A DNA stretch of 64,000 bases, from contig JACQID010000006.1 in the NCBI GenBank assembly GCA_016198685.1, positions 96,001 to 160,000 on the forward strand, in the 5' to 3' direction. The notes under the pieces were generated by a model that worked only from the letters and a program-made list of their open reading frames with translations, was not told where the DNA came from and searched no databases. This stretch comes from Candidatus Aenigmatarchaeota archaeon (GTDB taxonomy: Archaea; Aenigmatarchaeota; Aenigmatarchaeia; GW2011-AR5). The translations under genes and the position numbers were made by a program. This document shows positions 48,328 to 57,446 of the stretch, piece after piece (the stretch's first letter is position 1; each line of letters begins with the position of its first letter).

Positions 48328-49317
48328 ATGGAAAAGAATTATTACATACTCAAAAGTGGCCGGCTCAGAAGGAAGCAGAATACGGTTTACTTCGAGGACA
48401 AAGACGGTCAGAAGCCGATACCGGTAAATGCGATAAATGCTATCTTCGCCTTTGGCGAACTGGACATAAACTCAAAGCTTCTGTTGTTTCTCTCGAAAAA
48501 CAAGATAGCGGTTCATTTTTTTAATTATTACGGTTTCTATTCTGGAAGCTTTTATCCGCGGGAATATCTTCTTTCCGGATTTCTTCTTGTAAAGCAGGCG
48601 GAAAGTTATCTTAACCCGGAGCGGCGGATAAACATAGCCAAAGAATTCATAAGAACCGCATCATTCAATATATTGCAAAACCTTAATTATTATGAGCGGC
48701 AAGGCAAAGACGTTTCTGCGACCATAAGAGCCATAGAATCGGAAAGAAATAATATAGAGACTGCCAGAAATATACCCGAACTGATGGGATCCGAAGGGCG
48801 AATGCGTGATCTCTATTACCAGTCATTTGATTCCATGCTTCGACCGGGCTTCGAGTTTGAGAAGCGCACGAAGAGGCCGCCGGAAAATATGATAAATTGC
48901 CTGATTTCTTTCGGCAATCAGCTCCTTTATACGGCGGTATTGAGTGAAATATACCACACCCAGCTCAATCCCACGATATCGTATCTTCATGAACCCGGAG
49001 CGAGGCGGTTTTCATTAAGCCTTGACGTAAGCGAAGTATTCAAGCCGATAATAGTAGACAGGATAATTTTCAATCTTATCAACAACAGAATAATAAAGGA
49101 GGAGCATTTCGACGACAATCTCAAATTCTGTTATCTGAATGAGGCAGGCCGGAGGATATTCTTGTCGCATTTTGACGAGAAAATGAAAACCACCATACAG
49201 CATAAAACGCTGAAAAGGAAAGTATCTTACCGTACTCTTATAAGGCTCGAATGCTATAGGCTGATAAAACACATAATTGAAGGCAAAAAATATGAAGGCT
49301 TCAGGATGTGGTGGTAA
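48328..49317 (+). CDS. cas1: Cas1, type I-B
   Basis: YYILKSGRLRRKQNT, FNYYGFYSGSFYP, NCLISFGN, SLSLDVSEVFKP. Confidence 0.97.
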   Translation: MEKNYYILKSGRLRRKQNTVYFEDKDGQKPIPVNAINAIFAFGELDINSKLLLFLSKNKIAVHFFNYYGFYSGSFYPREYLLSGFLLVKQAESYLNPERRINIAKEFIRTASFNILQNLNYYERQGKDVSATIRAIESERNNIETARNIPELMGSEGRMRDLYYQSFDSMLRPGFEFEKRTKRPPENMINCLISFGNQLLYTAVLSEIYHTQLNPTISYLHEPGARRFSLSLDVSEVFKPIIVDRIIFNLINNRIIKEEHFDDNLKFCYLNEAGRRIFLSHFDEKMKTTIQHKTLKRKVSYRTLIRLECYRLIKHIIEGKKYEGFRMWW

Positions 49318-49580
49318 TGTACGTTATCATAGTCTACGATATCGCGCAGGAGAGGGTTTCCAAGGCATGCAGCCTGCTGAGGCGATACCTAAATTGGATC
49401 CAAAACTCCGTTTTTGAAGGTGAGGTCTCGGAAAGCGGGCTCCATAAGATAAAACAGGAAATCAAGAAAGTTGTAAAAGAAAGTGAGGATTCAGTCATTT
49501 TCTATGTTACCACGAGCAAAAAAATCGTGGAAAGGGAAGTTCTAGGCATAGAAAAGAATGACACCTCGAACCTGATATGA
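49317..49580 (+). CDS. cas2: Cas2
   Basis: MYVIIVYDI, WIQNSVFEG, DSVIFY; TAATG overlap with cas1. Confidence 0.97.
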   Translation: MYVIIVYDIAQERVSKACSLLRRYLNWIQNSVFEGEVSESGLHKIKQEIKKVVKESEDSVIFYVTTSKKIVEREVLGIEKNDTSNLI

Positions 49581-49681
49581 TTTTCGGGGACATTTATATA
49601 TCGGGCTCACTATCCGTACTTCCCGAAACGTGTTTAAAAATACTCGTGAATATACCATAAATAAGCCGGTTTGCCCCGGGT
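49581..49681 (+). promoter_or_regulatory. CRISPR leader
   Basis: Non-coding segment between cas2 and the first repeat, with TATA-like TTTAAAAA. Confidence 0.75.
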
Positions 49682-50990
49682 GTTTGAAGAGTACTTTTGT
49701 AGTATTGAAATTTACTCCAGGGCATACAGCTTGATCCGGCACAAACTGTTTGAAGAGTACTTTTGTAGTATTGAAATTTTAAGATTCTCATGATTGAGGT
49801 TGTCGATGATGATAAGTTTGAAGAGTACTTTTGTAGTATTGAAATTCGTCCTTCTCGCTCGCTACTCTTGTTGATAACGAACCGTTTGAAGAGTACTTTT
49901 GTAGTATTGAAATCTGAATTTAGATGTTCGCGATTTCGAAGAATTCAAAGGTTTGAAGAGTACTTTTGTAGTATTGAAATGCGAAACTTATTACAGCGAC
50001 CATTATCTCACGTTCATAAGTTTGAAGAGTACTTTTGTAGTATTGAAATTGTGTTAATTTCAGGTGCAGCCACAGACGCATCTGCAGTTTGAAGAGTACT
50101 TTTGTAGTATTGAAATCTTGTTATACCGTTCTCAGTTACGGAAGTGATGGTAGGTTTGAAGAGTACTTTTGTAGTATTGAAATTCGACAGTGTTAGATAT
50201 TGGGTCGCGGAATCTACCGGGTTTGAAGAGTACTTTTGTAGTATTGAAATTCATGCACCCCGATAAGCAAGCCCAAGTATTTGTCTGTTTGAAGAGTACT
50301 TTTGTAGTATTGAAATAAAGAATCTGACGCATGAAACAGGGAATACGCATTTAGTTTGAAGAGTACTTTTGTAGTATTGAAATTCGGGCGCACCGCCTGC
50401 TGGCGCTGTTTCTGAAACGTGTTTGAAGAGTACTTTTGTAGTATTGAAATAGTTCATCGTTCAATTCTCTAAGAGCAAGAATTTCGTCACGGTTTGAAGA
50501 GTACTTTTGTAGTATTGAAATACTGCGAAAACTGCTTCGAGTGCGCCTGACGCAACGCCCAGTTTGAAGAGTACTTTTGTAGTATTGAAATCAGCACGCC
50601 CTTGTCCGTGCTACCAAACTGCCGCTGCGTTTGAAGAGTACTTTTGTAGTATTGAAATTGAGGCCGAAGTTGTAAACAGAAAAGGGGAAAAACGTTTGAA
50701 GAGTACTTTTGTAGTATTGAAATCTGATCGCCTTCAAAGGAGTAGGGCTTGATTTTTCTTTGTTTGAAGAGTACTTTTGTAGTATTGAAATTACCATAGC
50801 GTCATGCTTTCACCTCGTCAAGTAGCCGTTTGAAGAGTACTTTTGTAGTATTGAAATATCAATTTTTCAAGAACATTCTGATATTTGCTTTTAGTTTGAA
50901 GAGTACTTTTGTAGTATTGAAATTATCTCGCCCTGCTTGATTCTATCTCGGCAAAACTAGGTTTGAAGAGTACTTTTGTAGCATTCTTAT
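49682..50990 (+). CRISPR. CRISPR array: 30-bp repeat GTTTGAAGAGTACTTTTGTAGTATTGAAAT, 19 perfect copies plus a degenerate terminal copy, 19 spacers of 35-41 nt
   Basis: Repeats counted at 49682, 49748, 49816 ... 50894; terminal copy at 50961 ends GTAGCATTCTTAT; ATTGAAAT 3' handle and TACT/AGTA stem. Confidence 0.99.
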
Positions 50991-51271
50991 ATCCTGCTGA
51001 TCTTCTCAGAGAGTTTGCGTTTCTCTATGGCAAAATCCTTGAGAAACCGGTAACCCGCGGCGCTAAGCTCGGCGCCTTTTGTCGTAGGCTGCAGGAAGCT
51101 GCATTGCTGTATTATGCGAAGAGAATAGCGTACCTGTTGCGGAGGAATCTCGGTTATTTTAGACAATTTCAGTATACCCAGAGGGCCTTGTTCCGACAGT
51201 AAGCGCATGATTCGTATGTGCCTTTCCATGAGTTGCAGTTCTTTTTTGACATTCTTTATGATTAAAACCAT
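50987..51271 (-). CDS. Archaeal winged-helix transcriptional regulator (COG3388-like)
   Basis: KELQLMERHIRIM..QGPLGILKLS..QVRYSLRII..PTTKGA. Confidence 0.75.
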   Translation of the reverse strand: MVLIIKNVKKELQLMERHIRIMRLLSEQGPLGILKLSKITEIPPQQVRYSLRIIQQCSFLQPTTKGAELSAAGYRFLKDFAIEKRKLSEKISRI

Positions 51272-51342
51272 GTTACTATGTTACATAGTTGCACATATTT
51301 AAAGGCACGTTTCATAATCAGCAAGGTAATAGAGGTGAAACA

Positions 51343-51576
51343 ATGGAGGCACGTATAAGGCTGAGAGAGCTTAATCCGGTACCCAAAGGGTGGAAACCCA
51401 TAGCCACGGTTCGCGTACCGTATGGATGCACGGATTTTACAGACGAGTGCATGCAGATAGCGCGAAACAGGGGATACGAACTTCCGGTTGCATTTGGCAT
51501 TAGAATCAGCCATTCGATTCCAAGACCATATGCAGATGAACCGGATCAGAAAATAGTGCAATTTTATGCGCTTTGA
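51343..51576 (+). CDS. Hypothetical protein (77 aa)
   Basis: GAGGTGA RBS ahead of the ATG at 51343; no motif recognised. Confidence 0.45.
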   Translation: MEARIRLRELNPVPKGWKPIATVRVPYGCTDFTDECMQIARNRGYELPVAFGIRISHSIPRPYADEPDQKIVQFYAL

Positions 51577-51632
51577 TTTTTTCCTTTTTTTGTCTTGCAA
51601 ACCAATAAAAGCCTTCCAATAGATGTGATTAG

Positions 51633-52709
51633 ATGGACATCGAACGCCGCATGGAACTGATCAAGCGCCCTCCGACAGAGGAAATAATCACAGAAGAAGA
51701 CCTGCGTTCGCTTCTGCAAACAAAGCAGAAGCCCATGGCGTATGACGGCTTTGAAACCAGCGGGCTCATGCACATAGGCAGCAGCGTGCTGCGTGCGATT
51801 AAGATAAACGACTTGCTTGAAGCAAAAGTTGATTTCACGCTTTGGATAGCTGACTGGTTCGCTTACATCAACAACAAAATGAAGGGCGATATGGAGCTCA
51901 TCAAGAAAACAGGTGAGTATTTCATAGAAGGATGGAAAGCATGCGGCGTTCCTGTCGAGAAGGTTCGCATCCTACGCACGAGCGATGCAGTTAAAGACCC
52001 TGATTATTGGAAGGGTGTCATCGATGTTGCCAAAGCAACGACACTACAAAGAACCCTGCGAGCCAGTCCCATAATGGGCCGGCAGGAAGCTGACATGAAA
52101 TATACATCACAGCTTTTCTATCCGATGATGCAGACATGGGATCCTTTTTACTTCAACGCAGACATACTCCAGTTAGGCATGGATCAGCGTCATGCAACCA
52201 TCTTGTCAAGGGAAGTTGCGCCAAAACTTGGAAGGCCAGTTCCTGTCTGCGTTCACCATCATTTGCTTGCCGGATTGCAAGGCTCGACCGGCAGGATGGG
52301 TCAGGAGACGGCAACGCTCATGGACGAAAAAATGAGCAAGTCAAAGCCCCAGACGGCAATATTCATCCATGACAGCAAGGAAGAAATAGAGGACAAGATA
52401 AAGAAGGCATACTGCCCTGAACGCTCGGCAGAAGGTAACCCTATCCTTGAAATGTGGAAATACATAATACTGAGAAATTTCAAATCAAGAACAATAGAAC
52501 GGCCTGCAAAATTCGGGGGGAACTTGGATATATATTCTTACGAGAATCTTGAGAGCATGTATTCTGAAGGTAAACTTCATCCAATGGACCTCAAGAAGGA
52601 AACTATTAATGCGATGGATGAAATCCTCTCTCCTGTAAGGAAGCATTTTGAAACGGGCAAAGCCAAGAAACTATATGAAACTGTCAAGACGGCGCATATC
52701 ACAAGATGA
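51633..52709 (+). CDS. tyrS: Tyrosine-tRNA ligase, archaeal type
   Basis: AYDGFETSGLMHIG, IADW, YPMMQ, LGMDQR, KMSKS. Confidence 0.96.
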   Translation: MDIERRMELIKRPPTEEIITEEDLRSLLQTKQKPMAYDGFETSGLMHIGSSVLRAIKINDLLEAKVDFTLWIADWFAYINNKMKGDMELIKKTGEYFIEGWKACGVPVEKVRILRTSDAVKDPDYWKGVIDVAKATTLQRTLRASPIMGRQEADMKYTSQLFYPMMQTWDPFYFNADILQLGMDQRHATILSREVAPKLGRPVPVCVHHHLLAGLQGSTGRMGQETATLMDEKMSKSKPQTAIFIHDSKEEIEDKIKKAYCPERSAEGNPILEMWKYIILRNFKSRTIERPAKFGGNLDIYSYENLESMYSEGKLHPMDLKKETINAMDEILSPVRKHFETGKAKKLYETVKTAHITR

Positions 52710-53236
52710 TCGCAATAATTCTTCCCGGAAACGGCGGTCCTGACATTGACCGGAACTGGTACAAGAGCGTCAAGAAAGAGCTTGAGAGCTTAGGAATTCG
52801 CGTTGTTCTCCAAACCATGCCGGATCCGATTCTTGCGAGAAAAGAATTCTGGCTTCCTTTCATAGAGCATCATGCTTCACAGAAGCAAAAAGTCATACTG
52901 ATAGGTCATTCTTCCGGCGCAGTCGCGATACTGCGTTATCTGGAAACGCACAAGGCCGAAGGAGCGATTATAGCCGGCGCCTGCGTCACCGACCTTGGGG
53001 ACGATATGGAGAAAGCGAGCGGCTATTATGACAGCGCGTGGCAATGGGAAAGTATAAAGAAGAATACGGGATGGATAATCCAGTTCGCCTCCCGCGACGA
53101 CCCTTACATTCCGATAGAAGAGGAACGGTATATAAATGAAATGCTGAACACCGAGTATCATGAGTTTGAGGACAGAGGGCATTTCATGGATGATGATTTT
53201 CCTGAGCTTGTTCAAGAGCTAAGGAAAAAACTTTAG
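52706..53236 (+). CDS. RBBP9/YdeN family alpha/beta hydrolase
   Basis: PGNGG..NWY, MPDP, IGHSSGA, SRDDPYI, RGHF. Confidence 0.9.
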   Translation: MIAIILPGNGGPDIDRNWYKSVKKELESLGIRVVLQTMPDPILARKEFWLPFIEHHASQKQKVILIGHSSGAVAILRYLETHKAEGAIIAGACVTDLGDDMEKASGYYDSAWQWESIKKNTGWIIQFASRDDPYIPIEEERYINEMLNTEYHEFEDRGHFMDDDFPELVQELRKKL

Positions 53237-53589
53237 GGGAAACTCCATAGGTATCTCGCGTCTATTCTCCCGCCTTTGACAATCACACCATCCTGCGCCA
53301 ATAGCATAATCTTTTTTTCGATATTTGTTCCTTTCGTCTCGCCGGCATAGCCTCCAAGTGTACGGTCAGAACGGATAACCTTATAGCAGGGGCAGATATC
53401 TGTCCGTGGGTTTCTCTTCAATATCTGGCCCACTGCGCGTGGCGAAGTGCCAGCCGCACGGGCTAGTTCTTTGTATGTTACGACCTTTCCTTTCGGTATT
53501 TTTCGCAGTAGCAGAAGCGCCGGATGCAAGTTATTGAGAGGTACCATGAACGAATATTCGGCGTGTATTTTAAAACGTTTTCCATCCAA
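53233..53589 (-). CDS. ogt: O6-methylguanine-DNA methyltransferase (MGMT) family
   Basis: IPKGKVVTYKELA, PRAVGQIL, PCYKV (variant of PCHRV). Confidence 0.85.
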   Translation of the reverse strand: MDGKRFKIHAEYSFMVPLNNLHPALLLLRKIPKGKVVTYKELARAAGTSPRAVGQILKRNPRTDICPCYKVIRSDRTLGGYAGETKGTNIEKKIMLLAQDGVIVKGGRIDARYLWSFP

Positions 53590-53597
53590 GGTCTTTC

Positions 53598-54104
53598 ATG
53601 AAGCATATTCTTGTCGTACTTGCCGTTCTTGCAGCGGCAGGTTGCATCACAGGGAATGCATTGGACGGGATTGGTGATACTATGGCAGTTGAAAAAGGAG
53701 ATCATATTTTCGTCGATTATACAGGAACGCTGGGCGACGGCACGGTCTTCGATTCCTCCGAAGGGAAGGAACCGCTTGAGTTTGACGCAGGCGCGGGCCA
53801 GATGATAAAGGGCTTCGATGATGCGGTCATAGGAATGAAGAAGGGTGAAACAAAGAGCGTGACGATTGCCGCGAAGGACGCTTACGGTGAGCGAAGTGAG
53901 GATAACGTAATCGGCGTTTCGCTGACGAAGATAAGAGACGCAGGCATAATAGACCCGAAAGTCGGAGACGTGCTTTCTATGAGCGGACAGCCCGTGAAGA
54001 TAGTTTCCATTGACGGCGGCATAGTAAGAGTGGATGCGAATCATCCGTTGGCCGGAAAAGACCTGACCTTTAAAATAAAGGTCGTTGACATAAGGAAGAA
54101 GTGA
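53598..54104 (+). CDS. FKBP-type peptidyl-prolyl isomerase (SlyD-like) with lipoprotein-like signal
   Basis: VDYTGTL.DGTVFDSS, GAGQMIKGF, DANHPLAGKDL; N-terminal LAAAGC. Confidence 0.92.
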   Translation: MKHILVVLAVLAAAGCITGNALDGIGDTMAVEKGDHIFVDYTGTLGDGTVFDSSEGKEPLEFDAGAGQMIKGFDDAVIGMKKGETKSVTIAAKDAYGERSEDNVIGVSLTKIRDAGIIDPKVGDVLSMSGQPVKIVSIDGGIVRVDANHPLAGKDLTFKIKVVDIRKK

Positions 54105-54575
54105 CTACTTTAGCTGCAAAATATGCGATTCTTTGGATTCGTAAAAGCAGAATAATGTGAGAGTCCTTTCCACTTCCGGCATGTTCCATAGCGTATCCAC
54201 GACCCATTTTCCTATCTCCTTTTCGCTCTTTCCCCTTACCTTTATCAACGCGTCATATTCTCCGGTGACGAGATAAGCTTCCTGAACTTCCGGCAATTTT
54301 GCCAATGCCTGGCCTATGTGTTCGGATTTCATTTTGCCGTCTTTTCTTACATATCTTTTCACCAGTACCATAGCCACGGTAGGCAGGCCGATCTTCTCCG
54401 GGTCCAGTATGGCGGAGAACCCTTTTATCAAGCCCCGGTTTCTCATGCGCGTGATCCTCTGATACACAGTAGTGGCGGGCATGCCCAATTTCCTGCCCAA
54501 AGTCCTTGTGGACTGGCGGCAGTTTTTTTGAAGCTCGGCCAAGATATCCTTATCCTTCTTGTCCAATTCGTACAT
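54105..54575 (-). CDS. Lrp/AsnC family transcriptional regulator
   Basis: LDKKDKDILAELQKNCRQS, GFSAILDPEKIG, TGEYD. Confidence 0.92.
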   Translation of the reverse strand: MYELDKKDKDILAELQKNCRQSTRTLGRKLGMPATTVYQRITRMRNRGLIKGFSAILDPEKIGLPTVAMVLVKRYVRKDGKMKSEHIGQALAKLPEVQEAYLVTGEYDALIKVRGKSEKEIGKWVVDTLWNMPEVERTLTLFCFYESKESHILQLK

Positions 54576-54700
54576 TATTTTACCCTTAATTGCGTATATT
54601 GTCCATATTTTTTAATCAAATTATTTATATTGTATGTTTAAATGTTCATAGGCACGAAGAAATTTATCATTCCTTCTGCAAATATGCCGGGTGATAGAAT

Positions 54701-55397
54701 ATGATACCGGTTCTCATGAACTACAGGAATACGGGAAACAGGAAAATTCTGGTCTCGGATTGCGAGGGAACGCTGACGAGAAAGGAATTCATGGAGGAGC
54801 TCGGCAGGTACGCTACCGGTGAGTGCCTTTCTGGACGGCCGTAAAATTGCGATAGGGGGCTATATGCGGGAGATAACCCGTCGTGGCATGACGGGCGAGA
54901 TGCCATTCGCCGATTCCCTGAATGCAAGAGCGAGGGCCATGGGCGAACGGATGACGCTTGCGGAAATGGAAGACATATGCGGCAACGTGAAACCAAGAGG
55001 GGGACTGGGATATGCATTGGACGTCCTCACCCGCGAAGGCTACGATCTGGCGGTCGTCAGCGGCGGCATATATCCTTTAGTGGAAGCGTTTACGCAGAGC
55101 AACGGCATTCAGGCGGATTACATGGCAGCATCGGGAATTACAAGGCTTGCGGGAAGAATATCCGGAGTGATGCCCCTTACCGATAAAAGAGAGGTTGTAA
55201 ATCATTTCAGGAATATCGGATATCAGTACATAGCCGCTATGGGCGACGGGGCAAACGATCGCAGCATGAAGGCCGCCGCCGACCTGTTTGTCTGGATCGA
55301 ACCAAAACCGGGCATGGTCGAAACGGGGGACATGGTGCTCTCAGGTAATGATTTAAGTCTGCTGCCTGATATCCTATTAAATTACAGGAGAAAGTGA
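54701..55397 (+). pseudogene. Phosphoserine phosphatase-like HAD enzyme split by a +1 frameshift
   Basis: Motif I (SDCEGTL) is in 47-aa ORF 54701-54844; cap and motifs II-IV (TRRGMTGEMPF, VSGG, GDGAND) are in ORF 54819-55397. Confidence 0.75.
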
Positions 55398-55401
55398 TGC
55401 C

Positions 55402-56682
55402 ATGCTTGACATAAAGATGATACGCGAGAAGCCTTCGGAAGTAAGAAAAAATCTTGAACGAAGGCATGACCCGTCGATACTTGCGCGGCTGGATGAAGCG
55501 ATCAAGGCAGATGCCGAGAGAAGAGACGTGATAAAGCAAGTCGAAGCCCTGAAGAAAAAACGGAATGAAATAACCAAGGAGGTTTCTTCTCTCAAGGCAA
55601 AGGGCAATGACGCCAAGAAGGAACTCAAGGACGCCGGAGAAGTTGCGGCTAAAATATCAAAGCTTGACATTGAACAGGCGAAGCTGGACGAAAAAACAAA
55701 GCTTCTGCTTATGGGGATACCGAATCTCTTGCACGAATCGGTGCCCGAAGGAAAAGACGATACGGACAATGCGGTCGTCAAGACGGCCGGCGGCACGCTT
55801 GGTTTCACGTTCAAGCCCAAGAACCATCTGGAAATCGCGCTTGCGCTGGGACTGATAGACGAGGAGCGGGCGTCAAAGGTTTCCGGTACCGGATTCTTTT
55901 ATCTTAAGGAAGAGCTTGCCATACTTGACATGGCAATAGTCCGTTATACGATTGATTTTCTTCGAAAAAGAGGGCTCAAACTCATAGAGCCGCCTTTCAT
56001 GATGAGAAAGAAGGCCTATGAAGGTGTCGTTTCATTGGAAGACTTTGAAAACGTGATGTACAAGATAGAAGACGAAGACCTGTACATGATTGCAACGTCC
56101 GAGCATCCTATAGGCGCCATGCTGGGCGATGAAATAGTGCTTGAGAAAGACCTTCCGATGAAATTTGTCGGCGTCTCGCCCTGTTTCCGTAAAGAGATAG
56201 GAGCGCACGGGAAATATACCAAGGGAATATTCCGTGTTCACCAGTTCAATAAGGTAGAGCAGTTCGTTTTTTCAAGACCTGAAGACTCGTGGAAATTACA
56301 CGAGGAACTGCAGAAGAATTCGGAGGAGCTTTTGGAAAGCCTTGGCATAAAGTTCCGCGTTGTGAATGTATGCACTGGAGACATAGGGAGCATTGCTGCC
56401 AAGAAATATGATATTGAATTTCTTATGGCAGACGGGAATTACCGCGAAATCGGCTCGAATTCCAATTGCACGGATTACCAAGCCCGCAGGCTGGGAATAC
56501 GATACAAGGAAAAAGAAGGCATGGCTGTGAAAGGCTTCGTGCATACATTGAACAACACAGCCGCAGCGACAAGCCGCGTGATGGTCGCTATTCTTGAGCA
56601 GTTCCAGCAGGCGGACGGGTCGGTGGCGATACCGGCAGTTTTGCAGCCGTATTGCGGGTTCGCGGAAATGAAGAGAAAATAG
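55402..56682 (+). CDS. serS: Serine-tRNA ligase
   Basis: MLDIKMIRE, IATSEHP, CFRKEIG, FRVHQFNKVEQF, EIGSNSNCTDYQARR, TLNNT. Confidence 0.97.
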   Translation: MLDIKMIREKPSEVRKNLERRHDPSILARLDEAIKADAERRDVIKQVEALKKKRNEITKEVSSLKAKGNDAKKELKDAGEVAAKISKLDIEQAKLDEKTKLLLMGIPNLLHESVPEGKDDTDNAVVKTAGGTLGFTFKPKNHLEIALALGLIDEERASKVSGTGFFYLKEELAILDMAIVRYTIDFLRKRGLKLIEPPFMMRKKAYEGVVSLEDFENVMYKIEDEDLYMIATSEHPIGAMLGDEIVLEKDLPMKFVGVSPCFRKEIGAHGKYTKGIFRVHQFNKVEQFVFSRPEDSWKLHEELQKNSEELLESLGIKFRVVNVCTGDIGSIAAKKYDIEFLMADGNYREIGSNSNCTDYQARRLGIRYKEKEGMAVKGFVHTLNNTAAATSRVMVAILEQFQQADGSVAIPAVLQPYCGFAEMKRK

Positions 56683-56734
56683 TAACTATTAATTAGTAGT
56701 AAATCTTTAAATATTCTGCCTGCCAATTAAATAG

Positions 56735-57382
56735 ATGGCATTCGTGTTCGGTCGGAAAAAGCTTCAGCCGCATTTCAATATTTTGACGCAGGCAGAATAT
56801 GCGGAGAATCTGGAAGAGGCACTGGCCAATCCCCATCAATATGAGGACCGTTCGTCAGGGTATATGCTGACGGAGCTTGGTTTGTGGGTCGCGGAAAGAT
56901 TCAAGGACAAGCCTGTCATAGACCTTGCGTGCGGCAGCCCAAAATCCGTGAAAAGGATGTACAGGTTGGCGTCGGTGGCAGGAACGAGTGACTACCTCGG
57001 AACGGATATTCTGGCAACGGGCAGGGGCGCGTACAAATCCGCGGTAGAAGGCGTAAAAGAAGGGATGCCGATGGAGAATTACCCGCGCTGGGATGTGTCG
57101 GACAAGGATATGCTACTTTTCCTGAAAGGACTGGCCAGAAACCTGAAAGGGAACGTATTATTCAACGGCATTGATGACGCGATAATCAGGAGGGACGATG
57201 CCGGCATAAGATACATGGACGAAGTATATTTGCAGATAAAGCGGCATCTTGCAGACGGCGGCATCGTGATAGGTTCCGGAGATTTGCACGGCTGGTTGGG
57301 ACGGTTCGCAGAGCATGAGTTTGAAAGGGTTGAGGATAACGGCCCTTACAGGAACAGCATAGGCATATTCATGGCGAAATAG
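56735..57382 (+). CDS. Hypothetical protein with a SAM-binding-like motif
   Basis: VIDLACGS...YLGTD; otherwise unrecognised. Confidence 0.5.
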   Translation: MAFVFGRKKLQPHFNILTQAEYAENLEEALANPHQYEDRSSGYMLTELGLWVAERFKDKPVIDLACGSPKSVKRMYRLASVAGTSDYLGTDILATGRGAYKSAVEGVKEGMPMENYPRWDVSDKDMLLFLKGLARNLKGNVLFNGIDDAIIRRDDAGIRYMDEVYLQIKRHLADGGIVIGSGDLHGWLGRFAEHEFERVEDNGPYRNSIGIFMAK

Positions 57383-57446
57383 AGCGGCATCGATATAGTG
57401 CGGCAAATGATTCTATTTATTTAAACATATACTATATTATTATCAT

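Noticed and set aside
49632-49653. GTTTAAAAATACTCGTGAATAT in the leader resembling a degenerate repeat
   Set aside because: Needs gaps to align, lies 50 bp from repeat 1 rather than 65-71, and is better explained as a TATA box
49594-51202. ORFs called across the CRISPR array
   Set aside because: Periodic translations of the repeats (FEEYFCSIE, NFNTTKVLFK); artefacts
53233-53589. MGMT active-site variant PCYKV as a possible inactive or ATL protein
   Set aside because: The acceptor Cys is retained, so there is no evidence for loss of function
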